Notes: a model not told the origin generated them from the sequence alone. Counted from the stretch's first letter, positions 54,912-63,268 are shown. The stretch: DNA of 64,000 nt from Alphaproteobacteria bacterium (GCA_965232515.1 CBDDPY010000002.1:4384001-4448000), one strand, 5' to 3'. Made by a program: numbers and translations.

Positions 54912-55952
54912 ATGACGGCGCATGTCGGCACGGTAGCGTTCCTGGGCATCGAGGCGGTGCCCGTCGACGTGCAGGCGCAGATGGCGGGCGGCCTGCCCGC
55001 CTTCAATGTCGTCGGTCTGCCGGACAAGGCGGTGGCGGAATCGCGCGAGCGGGTCCGCGCCGCGCTCGGCGCTATCGGCCTGGCGCTGCCGCCGAAACGC
55101 ATCACCGTCAATCTCGCCCCGGCCGACCTGCCGAAAGAAGGCAGCCATTTCGATCTGCCGATCGCGCTCGCCCTGCTGCTGACCATGGGCGTGCTGCCGG
55201 CGGACGAGCTCGAGGGCTTCATCGCGCTCGGCGAACTGTCGCTCGACGGCGCGCTGGCGCCGGTCGCCGGCGTGTTGCCGGCAGCGATGACAGCCGTCGC
55301 CCGCGACCAGGGCCTGATCTGTCCGCAGGCGCAGGGGCCGGAAGCGGCCTGGGCGCGGGATCTGCGCGTGCTGGCGCCGGCCAACCTCTTGGCCCTGATC
55401 AATCACTTCAAGGGCAGCCAGGTCCTTGGCCAGCCCGAGCCGGCGTTGAGTGACGACGATACGGGTGGCCTGCCCGATCTGCGCGACATCAAGGGCCAGG
55501 AAGCGGCGAAGCGCGCGCTCGAGGTCGCGGCCAGCGGCGGCCACAACCTGCTGATGGTTGGGCCGCCGGGCGCCGGCAAGTCGATGCTGGCCGAGCGCAT
55601 GGCCGGGCTGCTGCCGCCGATGGACGCGACGGAAGCGCTCGAGGCGTCGATGATCGCCAGCGTCGCTGGGCTGCTGCAGGGCGGCCGGATCTCGCGCCGC
55701 CGGCCCTATCGCAACCCGCACCATTCGGCCTCGATGCCGGCGCTGGTCGGCGGCGGCCAGCGGGCCCGGCCCGGCGAGGTCAGCCTCGCGCACAATGGCG
55801 TCCTGTTCCTGGACGAGCTGCCCGAGTTCAACCGCCCTGTGCTGGAGGCCCTGCGCCAACCCCTCGAATCCGGCGAGGCCGTGGTCGCCCGCGCCAACGC
55901 CCATGTCAGCTATCCCGCCCGCTTTCAGCTGCTGGCGGCGATGAACCCGTGA
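54912..55952 (+). pseudogene. comM: 5' part of ComM/YifB Mg-chelatase-like ATPase, interrupted by an integrated element
   Basis: [55 protein letters not shown]; ends at AAMNP-TGA where intact homologs continue MNPCxCG for well over 100 more residues. Confidence 0.93.
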
Positions 55953-57478
55953 GGTGGCGTTGCCTTTCCACCATCAGTTTGGATGGAAGTGCTATCTGTT
56001 TGGTGAGGCACGTGGATTTGGTTCTGCGGAACGGTTGGCATGTGGCAGAACGTTATGGATATTTCGCCTGCTCCGATCTCGATGCGCTCGGTGATCGCCT
56101 CGACGACACGGCGTTTGTCGTCATGTGCAAGGCCGTCCCACTTAGCGTAAAGGTCCTTTGCATCGGCAATGACTTGATCTGACGAGAAGTACTGGACGTT
56201 CAGAAAATCGCGTTCGGCTTGGAGCGTCGGTATCTGCCTGTCTAACGCGGATTGCCGTTCCTCGAGTGCCTTGTAGCGCTTTCCAAATCCGTCTTTCGTC
56301 ATGCCGTCTGCCATATAGAGATCGTAGAGCTTGTCCATCTCCTTGTGGACGCGCTCGCGGTCCTCTTCGAGCGAGGCAAGCCGCGCATTCATTTCGTTCA
56401 GCGTGGTGTCGGCGTTGTTGAGGTATTCCGAGAGAAGCTCGTCGGAGGTGAAGAGGTTTTGGAGTTGCTGGTGAAAGACCGCTTCGAGATCGGCAACCGG
56501 GATCTTATTGCGGCAGTCATAGCAGACATACTTCGGCGTGTTGCTCGGGACGTACATCTTGTGGCCGCAGGTGCAATAGGTGAGACCGGTGAAGAGGTGG
56601 ATCGGCTTACGACCGCGCGTGCTTCGTTTCTTTTTTTGCTCGTCGATGATGGTGTTGCAGGCCTCCCAGACTTCTTCCGAGACGATCGCGGGCGCAGGGG
56701 TCGTCACCCATTCGTCTTCGGGTTTGAGCTCCCACGCCCTATTCTGCCCCGTGCTTTTGGTGTAGTTCGCCCGCCGCTCTCCCTTAGCGGTGGGATCCCG
56801 CAGGAGCCGCTCCACGGTCGTGTCTGAAAATTTGGCCCCTCTGCGGGTCCGATACCCCTCCTCGTTCATGAGGCGTGCAACGGTCTTCATGCGCCGATGT
56901 TCAAGAAACAGTTCATAGAGGCGCTTACGGATGGGAGCCTCCTGCGGGTCGAGCACGAGTTCCTGGTTTTCCCACCGGTAGCCGAATGAGGCCTGTCCGC
57001 CGAGGTTCTTGCCGAGCTTGGCGCGAACCGGAACCGAGGCGGCGACGCGCTCGGCGATTTCCTCTCGCTCCCACGTCGCCATTGCAGCGAGCATGGTGAA
57101 AAAGAGCCGTCCGGCGGGCGTACTCGTGTCGATCGATTCACCGAGGGAAATGAGGTCTGCATCGTACTCACGGAAGGTATCGGCAAAATCGAGGAGTTCG
57201 CGGGTGTTTCGTGCAAGCCGCGCCAGCTTGCTGAAGATGAGCCCGGTGATATGCCCGCGCTCGATATCGTCCAGCATGCGCCAGGCTTCCGGATGTGCGG
57301 ATACGCTTTTCCCGCTTACACCGGAGAGATTATAGACTTCGCCTACGCGCCAGCCTTTCGCGTCAGCGTAGTGCCGTGCGCGCTGTTCGTGGTGCTCCGG
57401 ACTTTCGCCACGAGCCTGATCTTCAGTCGAAACGCGAATCCAGATACCAACGCTTTTTGAAGGTAATTGAGGTTTCAT
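55925..57478 (-). CDS. Large serine recombinase (integrase)
   Basis: IRVSTEDQ catalytic Ser, [32 protein letters not shown], Zn ribbon CTCG..YVCYDC, coiled coil; start ATG 57478 (57523 possible). Confidence 0.95.
   Translation of the reverse strand: MKPQLPSKSVGIWIRVSTEDQARGESPEHHEQRARHYADAKGWRVGEVYNLSGVSGKSVSAHPEAWRMLDDIERGHITGLIFSKLARLARNTRELLDFADTFREYDADLISLGESIDTSTPAGRLFFTMLAAMATWEREEIAERVAASVPVRAKLGKNLGGQASFGYRWENQELVLDPQEAPIRKRLYELFLEHRRMKTVARLMNEEGYRTRRGAKFSDTTVERLLRDPTAKGERRANYTKSTGQNRAWELKPEDEWVTTPAPAIVSEEVWEACNTIIDEQKKKRSTRGRKPIHLFTGLTYCTCGHKMYVPSNTPKYVCYDCRNKIPVADLEAVFHQQLQNLFTSDELLSEYLNNADTTLNEMNARLASLEEDRERVHKEMDKLYDLYMADGMTKDGFGKRYKALEERQSALDRQIPTLQAERDFLNVQYFSSDQVIADAKDLYAKWDGLAHDDKRRVVEAITERIEIGAGEISITFCHMPTVPQNQIHVPHQTDSTSIQTDGGKATPPHGFIAASS
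55935..55965. other. Attachment junction (host comM / element)
   Basis: GCGGCGATGAACCCGTG|AGGTGGCG: comM coding similarity stops here, GC content and codon style change, and the integrase 3' end abuts. Confidence 0.8.
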
Positions 57479-57949
57479 CACCCGCCATTGCAAGATCGCG
57501 ATGCTACTCTTGCGAGCATACATCGAGCCCTCAAAAAGAACGGAGTATTTTGTTTATTGATCTGATTTTAAATTTAGTTCTAATAATATTCTACAATAAG
57601 ATATATACTAAGGTCAATATTGAAATGGAAAAATCTTCAAATTTTAAATTTTTCGCTAATCACTTAAATTTCGTAGTTCAAACTAAAAACCATATATTTT
57701 ATCTAAATATAAAATAATCGATTTTTGCTCTTTATACCTATGGTGATTTAAGAACATAATTTTCGATCAATATTTATGTGTCGAAACTTCCATTGGAAAT
57801 AATTGAATTTCAAACTTCTGATAAGAGAAGAAGGAAATAATTATATCAAAATCGATTTTGGATTGACTTCCACTGCAACTGGGCCCAACACAATGTTGGA
57901 GAATGTCGTTATCATCATAATTCGAAATTAAATTTTCTCATTTGGGATT

Positions 57950-58275
57950 GGTGTAGCACAAACACATCGCATCAGATGAGGCTCAGATGGAAGGTCCCGG
58001 CATCGTCGGACCACACGCCGCGCATGGAGCGCTACGGTAGGGAATTGACGTAAGGGCCACAGATTCCGGGGTCGGTTGAACTTGGTTAGTCATCGGATTG
58101 GAGGCACTCCCAACTGCGCACTATAGCCATCAACTGCAATATAGCAGAAGATCGGAGCGATAACTCGCGGAAAAGTAACAATCATCGTTTGGGATGCAAT
58201 CAAATGCAACACCGCTAAGCCGTCCAAGGCAGAATCTCATAGACCAAACTGGCACAGGTTGTTAACTTTTGTGTC
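57950..58275 (+). ncRNA. Candidate structured RNA / leader upstream of the DUF3800 gene
   Basis: ORF-free tract with nested long-range complementarity (57950-58/58205-13, 57969-73/58193-97, 57975-79/58182-86) enclosing several short hairpins; found by eye only. Confidence 0.3.
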
Positions 58276-58308
58276 CGTTCCGTGACCTTCTGCAGCCTCC
58301 TGACGACT

Positions 58309-59379
58309 ATGCATGTAATGTACCTCGACGAGTTTGGGCATCCTGGCAAATATAGCGCGAAGGGGCCTAGCAAATCAGAGACGCCTGTCTTTGGCTATGG
58401 TGGCTTCATCATGCCAGCGGATAGCGTGGCCGCGTTCGCAACTCAATTCTTTGATCTCAAGATTCACGCTTGTCGAAATATGCTTCTAGGTAAGTGGACT
58501 TATCAATCTAAGAGAGAAAACAAATCTCACAATAAGGACAAACAAGACAAATTACATCGTCAAATGAACCAAATTAGGAGGATGAGAGGCGACGAAATTA
58601 TTAGGGACAAGCACATGCGACATATAAATGCCAAATACGAAGTCAAGGGGCATGATGTATTTTCAAGACCTTATTTATTGAAGTTATTGAGGGAGAAAAA
58701 CTCCAACAAACAAAACTCAAAAATTAAGCTGCGTCGTTATTTAAGGCTTTCCCAATGGTTTCTTGAGATCCTTATTCAAAATGGTGGAGAGATATTCTTT
58801 TTTGGATACGATAAGAGAAGGTTTAAATGGGATGATCTTAATGAACCACATTTGGATTTAATAAACCCCGTTCTCGAAAGAGCTTTTCGGTACGCTCAAA
58901 GCAACAACACCACAATTTCTTTGTATTTTGACAGACATGATACGGATGAGGTCGGTGAATCTCTTGTTGGAGATAAACACCGCCGGCGAATTCGCGGATA
59001 TTCAGTAGGGCGAATAGACTTAGCAAGAAAAATTATTTTATCTCGCCGATTTTATGAACAAATAACTGAACCGGTAGTCATGCTGAAATCTGAGAGATCA
59101 CAATGTATTCAAGCTGCAGACTGGATTTGTTACATGCTTTCTCAAACAATGCCCTACAAATGCGGTCACAAAAACTACAAAAGCTACGAAGCATACCACA
59201 ACCATTTCGAAAGGTTCCTTTTCTCGAATGTATCTCGCTTTAGCGAATTTGGTTTCATTGGTGGAAAGTCCTACGGACACTACCTGCAGGGCGAGCTGGA
59301 TTTGGGTGAGGATACGGAGGATCTGGCGCGCAACCGGGCGTCGGCGCGTCGCCAGCGCCCTTATCATCGTTTTGGCTGA
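58309..59379 (+). CDS. DUF3800 domain protein (RNase H-like fold)
   Basis: YLDEFG, PVFGYGG, EVKG, YFD and S..SQCIQAADW motifs typical of DUF3800; AT-rich coding. Confidence 0.82.
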   Translation: MHVMYLDEFGHPGKYSAKGPSKSETPVFGYGGFIMPADSVAAFATQFFDLKIHACRNMLLGKWTYQSKRENKSHNKDKQDKLHRQMNQIRRMRGDEIIRDKHMRHINAKYEVKGHDVFSRPYLLKLLREKNSNKQNSKIKLRRYLRLSQWFLEILIQNGGEIFFFGYDKRRFKWDDLNEPHLDLINPVLERAFRYAQSNNTTISLYFDRHDTDEVGESLVGDKHRRRIRGYSVGRIDLARKIILSRRFYEQITEPVVMLKSERSQCIQAADWICYMLSQTMPYKCGHKNYKSYEAYHNHFERFLFSNVSRFSEFGFIGGKSYGHYLQGELDLGEDTEDLARNRASARRQRPYHRFG

Positions 59380-59518
59380 TTAGCCGTGTTGTTGTGGGGT
59401 CAATGGTTATTGATATGCCTGACTTTGCAAATTTTATGTGGATTCGTCGCTTGAGTACGATGGCTACGACCAGCACACTTGCTGCCGCACCAATTGCGAC
59501 TACAATGTCTGTCAACAT
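59255..59518 (-). CDS. Small single-TM protein overlapping the DUF3800 3' end antisense
   Basis: Strong RBS GAGGAGG; MLTDIVVAIGAAASVLVVAIVLKRRIHIKFAKSGISITID. Confidence 0.5.
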   Translation of the reverse strand: MLTDIVVAIGAAASVLVVAIVLKRRIHIKFAKSGISITIDPTTTRLISQNDDKGAGDAPTPGCAPDPPYPHPNPARPAGSVRRTFHQ

Positions 59519-59672
59519 CTCTGCCTCCTCTGCCAAATAGGCAAAAAGAGAGAGGCATGGTATGCAGTTAAGCAAAAGCCGCTGCAATATGACATTGTCA
59601 TATATAACAGCGGCTTTCGACTGATGCGCAGAGATGTTGGGATTTTTATCCCTCACTCTGCCGCCCGTTGAG

Positions 59673-59932
59673 ACTGGTTCGCGTTCAGTCGAGGCTTTGC
59701 CTCACAACGATCCCCAATCAAGCGCGCAAATATATAATTGCAGTCCGTGGCGAGTCAAGCATTGTGAGTGCATACCTGATATGATGGTAACGCATGCCAA
59801 TCTCAATGCAACCCATTTATCCACAGCAACTGACGCAGCAGCTAGTGCGTCACAATCAACACGCGTTGTTCTCGAGAAACGGTTGACTGAGCAATCGATC
59901 CGAAACATCGTTCGACAGGATCACGAACCAGT
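59673..59932 (-). ncRNA. Candidate multi-stem structured RNA
   Basis: 11-bp closing stem 59673-83/59922-32 and four to five internal hairpins; most A-C mismatches on + become G-U pairs on the minus strand. Confidence 0.35.
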
Positions 59933-60128
59933 TCTTTGTAGACTGGTATCGCACTTCTACTGCCCAGCCTGAGAAACCGCCAATCTCCTAGTCGGACGTT
60001 TTTTAAACCTTTCCAAGAAAAAACAGAATTATCCATCAATATAGACATTATATTTGAAACATTAAGGTATTATTTGTTCTAAGTTATAATAATTCTACGT
60101 ATAGGAACTATTGTAATAATTAAACAGT

Positions 60129-60818
60129 ATGAGCTATTCTGTTCGGCACGATCATCATATGTCAATACCCTCCAATTCTCACAATATGGGAGGGAATACT
60201 TGCGTGTCGTTTACGTATGATGATTCTGGCAATCGCAAGTATGCAACCGTAAAGGAACGTCGGCTGTTCCTGCGTGCTGCCAAGAACCATGCTTCGCTTC
60301 AGGTGTACACGTTCTGTTTGGCGCTTGCGCTCACAGGCGCACGGATCTCCGAGATCTTGGCTCTTACGCCTCGCCAGATCGACCTTGAAGCCGGCGTCGT
60401 TGTTATTCAGAGCCTTAAGAAGCGGAAGCGCGAAACAGCCGTTTATCGTGCGGTCCCCATTCCGCCGGATGTCCTCGAGAAACTCGATGCGGCACACGGC
60501 ATCAGCGCTGCTCGAAAGGACGAAGCGCGCCGGGATACCCGCATCTGGCCGTGGTGCAGGACAACTGCTTGGAAGCGGGTCAAAGAGGTTATGCAGGCAG
60601 CGGGTATTACCGGGCTGCAAGCTAGCCCTAAAGGGCTCCGCCACGGCTTTGCGGTGGGCGCATTGGTCGCCGGCGTTCCGGAAATAACAGTGATGCGATG
60701 GCTTGGGCATGCACGACTTGAAACCACGATGATCTACACCGAAACCATCGGCGCGGAGGCTCAAGCGATCGCGAAGCGGATGTGGGAGCCGCTCCTGCAA
60801 AACGATCTCCTCTCGTAA
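60129..60818 (+). CDS. Tyrosine recombinase, catalytic domain only
   Basis: TGARISE, SLKK, KGLRHGF, WLGHA, TTMIY; start uncertain (60129-60186). Confidence 0.88.
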   Translation: MSYSVRHDHHMSIPSNSHNMGGNTCVSFTYDDSGNRKYATVKERRLFLRAAKNHASLQVYTFCLALALTGARISEILALTPRQIDLEAGVVVIQSLKKRKRETAVYRAVPIPPDVLEKLDAAHGISAARKDEARRDTRIWPWCRTTAWKRVKEVMQAAGITGLQASPKGLRHGFAVGALVAGVPEITVMRWLGHARLETTMIYTETIGAEAQAIAKRMWEPLLQNDLLS

Positions 60819-60899
60819 ACAAAATAGCTCATTCTGTTCACAAAAGCGTTAGGACCCCCAAGCAGGTGGGGGTCCACTGCGCCAAAGAGGGGTCAGACT

Positions 60900-61340
60900 A
60901 TGCTCAGGACATTTGTTGCTGCGACTGTTCTCATCGCGTCAGCATCGCTGATCGGATGCCAAACAGCGAAGCAACCGGCTCCATTGCCGGAGAACATCTC
61001 AATTCAAGACGCTCCTGCCTCGCTTTCCGAGAAGCACGCGGCCTTCCTCGGACGATGGCACGGGCGCTGGGGCGGCACGCTCGACGGATACCTCGTGGTG
61101 ACAAGCATGACGCCGCCGACTGCTGAGGTCATTTATGCCTGGGGGACCAATCAATATGTCAAGGAACCAGGCTGGATCAAAAGGACCGCGACACTTGATG
61201 GCGACAGTCTCATCGTCCCCATAACTGATGACGGTGAGAGGAAGGCTGTCTACACGATGAACGGGGACGGTACCCTTGCTGGCGTCTACACACGTCCTGG
61301 CGTGCGGAGTGATGCAGTGCTTATGTGTGAAACCTGCTGA
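60900..61340 (+). CDS. Hypothetical lipoprotein
   Basis: GAGGGG RBS, signal peptide with LIGC lipobox, AFLGRWHGRW, VIYAWG. Confidence 0.75.
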   Translation: MLRTFVAATVLIASASLIGCQTAKQPAPLPENISIQDAPASLSEKHAAFLGRWHGRWGGTLDGYLVVTSMTPPTAEVIYAWGTNQYVKEPGWIKRTATLDGDSLIVPITDDGERKAVYTMNGDGTLAGVYTRPGVRSDAVLMCETC

Positions 61341-61472
61341 TAGCTGTTTACGCTCGATTTTTTTGGAGTAGCGGCGCGCCTAACGTGACCGTCCCGTTTC
61401 GATAAGGTATTGGACGAGCCAGTTTGGTCAGCCACACCTTCGCGATTGCCCCTCCACTGGTGCTCGGGAAGG

Positions 61473-61505
61473 AAAAAACCGCCCTGGCATTGGGCCAGGG
61501 CGGTT
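61473..61505 (-). terminator. Intrinsic terminator of the leftward ardC-DUF3768 operon
   Basis: 12-bp inverted repeat AACCGCCCTGGC-ATTGG-GCCAGGGCGGTT running into a U-tract on the minus strand. Confidence 0.8.
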
Positions 61506-61592
61506 GACGGACCGTGGGATGATCGATCGAGGCGGTAAGCTCATGCATTCAGCGAGCGTCATCGATTCCAAGGCCAGTAGCGCTTCGGTGTC

Positions 61593-61916
61593 TCAATACT
61601 CCTCCGAGAGCATTACCGTAAGCACACGCGTCGTCACGTTCGGGTCGGACGGATCCGGTGAACCATTGCACATGTCTGTGTCGTAATAGTCGATCTTCCA
61701 GAAGAACGTCCGGCCTGTGTGCTCGAAAGAGCCGAAGTCGTGCTCCCCGTGGGGATCGTTACCCTCGTCGAACGCGCCGAAGGTCGCAACCTTGCGGAGG
61801 ATCATCGCCTGCACGTCCGTGGGCAGGGCGTTCACCCCTGCTGTCACCACGACGCGGCCGCCGGCGAAGGTCGTGCGGAGGGCGTCGTTGAGTTCGCGGA
61901 TGCGCTCCGTGCTCAT
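61593..61916 (-). CDS. DUF3768 domain protein
   Basis: IRELNDALR, NDPHGEHDFG, FWKIDYYD, SPDPSDP.VT.RVLTVML.EEY. Confidence 0.9.
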   Translation of the reverse strand: MSTERIRELNDALRTTFAGGRVVVTAGVNALPTDVQAMILRKVATFGAFDEGNDPHGEHDFGSFEHTGRTFFWKIDYYDTDMCNGSPDPSDPNVTTRVLTVMLSEEY

Positions 61917-62131
61917 ATCAGCCCCGCCAGGATCAGCGCCGGCTTCATCGCATTGGCGCCGCAGCTCTCGCAGTAGCCGTGGCCCTGGTCCGGTTCCATC
62001 TCCGCGGTCGCACCGCAGATCGTGCAGATCGCAGGGCTGACGCTGTCGAACAGGCTCGCTTGCAACAGACAGTCGAGACTGGCAAAACCCTCGGCCTCTA
62101 CGAGCCGGGAAAGAGCCTCTTGGTTAGTCAT
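61913..62131 (-). CDS. Small Zn-ribbon protein (72 aa)
   Basis: GAGGAG RBS; PAICTICG..MEPDQ..GYCESCG..LILAGLI; stop overlaps the DUF3768 start. Confidence 0.8.
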   Translation of the reverse strand: MTNQEALSRLVEAEGFASLDCLLQASLFDSVSPAICTICGATAEMEPDQGHGYCESCGANAMKPALILAGLI

Positions 62132-62269
62132 GGTCTCCTCCTCGCTATCGACGCCCTGGAATGAGGCGCCGAGCGGCGGGGACGAGCGGTTGGCCCGACG
62201 AACCCTAAAAGGACCGCCCGGGCACAGTGCGCGCCGGGCGGGCGGCAGACCTGGTGCTGCCAAAGAACG

Positions 62270-63196
62270 TCATTGCGGGATCGGAAGCCGGCGTGGCTTC
62301 TTCTGTTCTTCGCGAAAGCGGCCCACGAACCTGGCGGCCGCGCTGGCCTTGCTGGCAGCCGTGAAGACTGCGCGTTTGTCCGACTTCAACACCTTGAGCC
62401 AATGCGCGATATAGGCTGCGTGATCGACCCGCGGCGTGTTTGTGATCGAAAGCTCGGCGCAGAGAAATGCAGCGCCCAACTCCGCAACCAGCTCTTCCAT
62501 GGCGTAGGCATCGCTCCCAAACTGTCCGGCAAGATCACGGTCCAAACGCGTTGGATGCGATGTCCAATGCGTGAGCTCATGCAGCAGCGTGGCGTAGTAG
62601 CCTTCTGTTGCAGAGGTTGTGGTGGTTCCAGTAAAGCGCGGACGGGCGGGCATGATGATGTAGTCGTCCGATGGGACGTAAGCAGCTTCCGCGCCGCCAT
62701 GACGGATGTCGGCACCCGTTGCAGCAACGACCGCGTCTGCTTCTTCGATGGTCTCGATCGGATCAGGACCCGTTGCAAAGGGTGTTTGCCAACCATGGAC
62801 CTGATCAGCATTGAACACCCAGGACGTTCGGGCCATGAGATAGCGCTCCTCGGTGGTCTCTCCCGTTGCTTCATCCCAGACGTCTTTGGTCATCTCCTTG
62901 TAGAAGACGATAATGCTTGCCTTCTCGCCTCGCATCACCTGGGCGTTCAGGTTTTGCCATTGCCGGTATGTCGCCCAATAGTCGGAGAAGAACGCGTGCT
63001 GTGACGCGGAGGCCCAGAGCGAGATGATGTTGACGCCTAGGTAAGGCTTTCCGGTCTCAGCGTTCGTTGGTCGCGCGAGACTGGCCCCGGTGTGGTGCCA
63101 GGGCATCTCGAATGTGGGTGCGCCGCGCTCGATCGCCGCGACAATGTGCTCGGTGATCTTGCTGTACACGTCACGGCGCTTGGTCTTGTCGTCCAT
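62270..63196 (-). CDS. ardC: ArdC-like antirestriction protein (ssDNA-binding + zincin domain)
   Basis: DVYSKIT, MPW, PYLGVN, WATYRQW, VFNADQ, YYATLLHELTHWT, YAMEELVAELGAAF, YIAHWLKVLK. Confidence 0.93.
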   Translation of the reverse strand: MDDKTKRRDVYSKITEHIVAAIERGAPTFEMPWHHTGASLARPTNAETGKPYLGVNIISLWASASQHAFFSDYWATYRQWQNLNAQVMRGEKASIIVFYKEMTKDVWDEATGETTEERYLMARTSWVFNADQVHGWQTPFATGPDPIETIEEADAVVAATGADIRHGGAEAAYVPSDDYIIMPARPRFTGTTTTSATEGYYATLLHELTHWTSHPTRLDRDLAGQFGSDAYAMEELVAELGAAFLCAELSITNTPRVDHAAYIAHWLKVLKSDKRAVFTAASKASAAARFVGRFREEQKKPRRLPIPQ

Positions 63197-63268
63197 TGCC
63201 ACCTCCTCTGCAGGGCAGGAACACCGACGGGTTCGGTGCTCCTGGCCGCAGCCGAGGCGGCCGGTGGC

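Noticed and set aside
57295-57717. 140-aa + strand ORF spanning the integrase start and the AT-rich tract
   Set aside because: Overlaps the integrase antisense, has no RBS, and its composition simply reflects AT-rich DNA
58111-58147. CAACTGC..TATAGC duplication as a mini-CRISPR or tandem array
   Set aside because: Only two short imperfect copies with no regular spacers and no cas genes; kept only as part of the ncRNA candidate
59673-59932. Retron msr-msd interpretation of the long-range inverted repeat
   Set aside because: No reverse transcriptase gene in the visible part of the island
59634-60048. ORFs 59634-59972 (+), 59702-59908 (-) and 59842-60048 (-)
   Set aside because: No clear RBS or motifs and mutually overlapping; the region is better explained as structured non-coding sequence, although coding cannot be excluded
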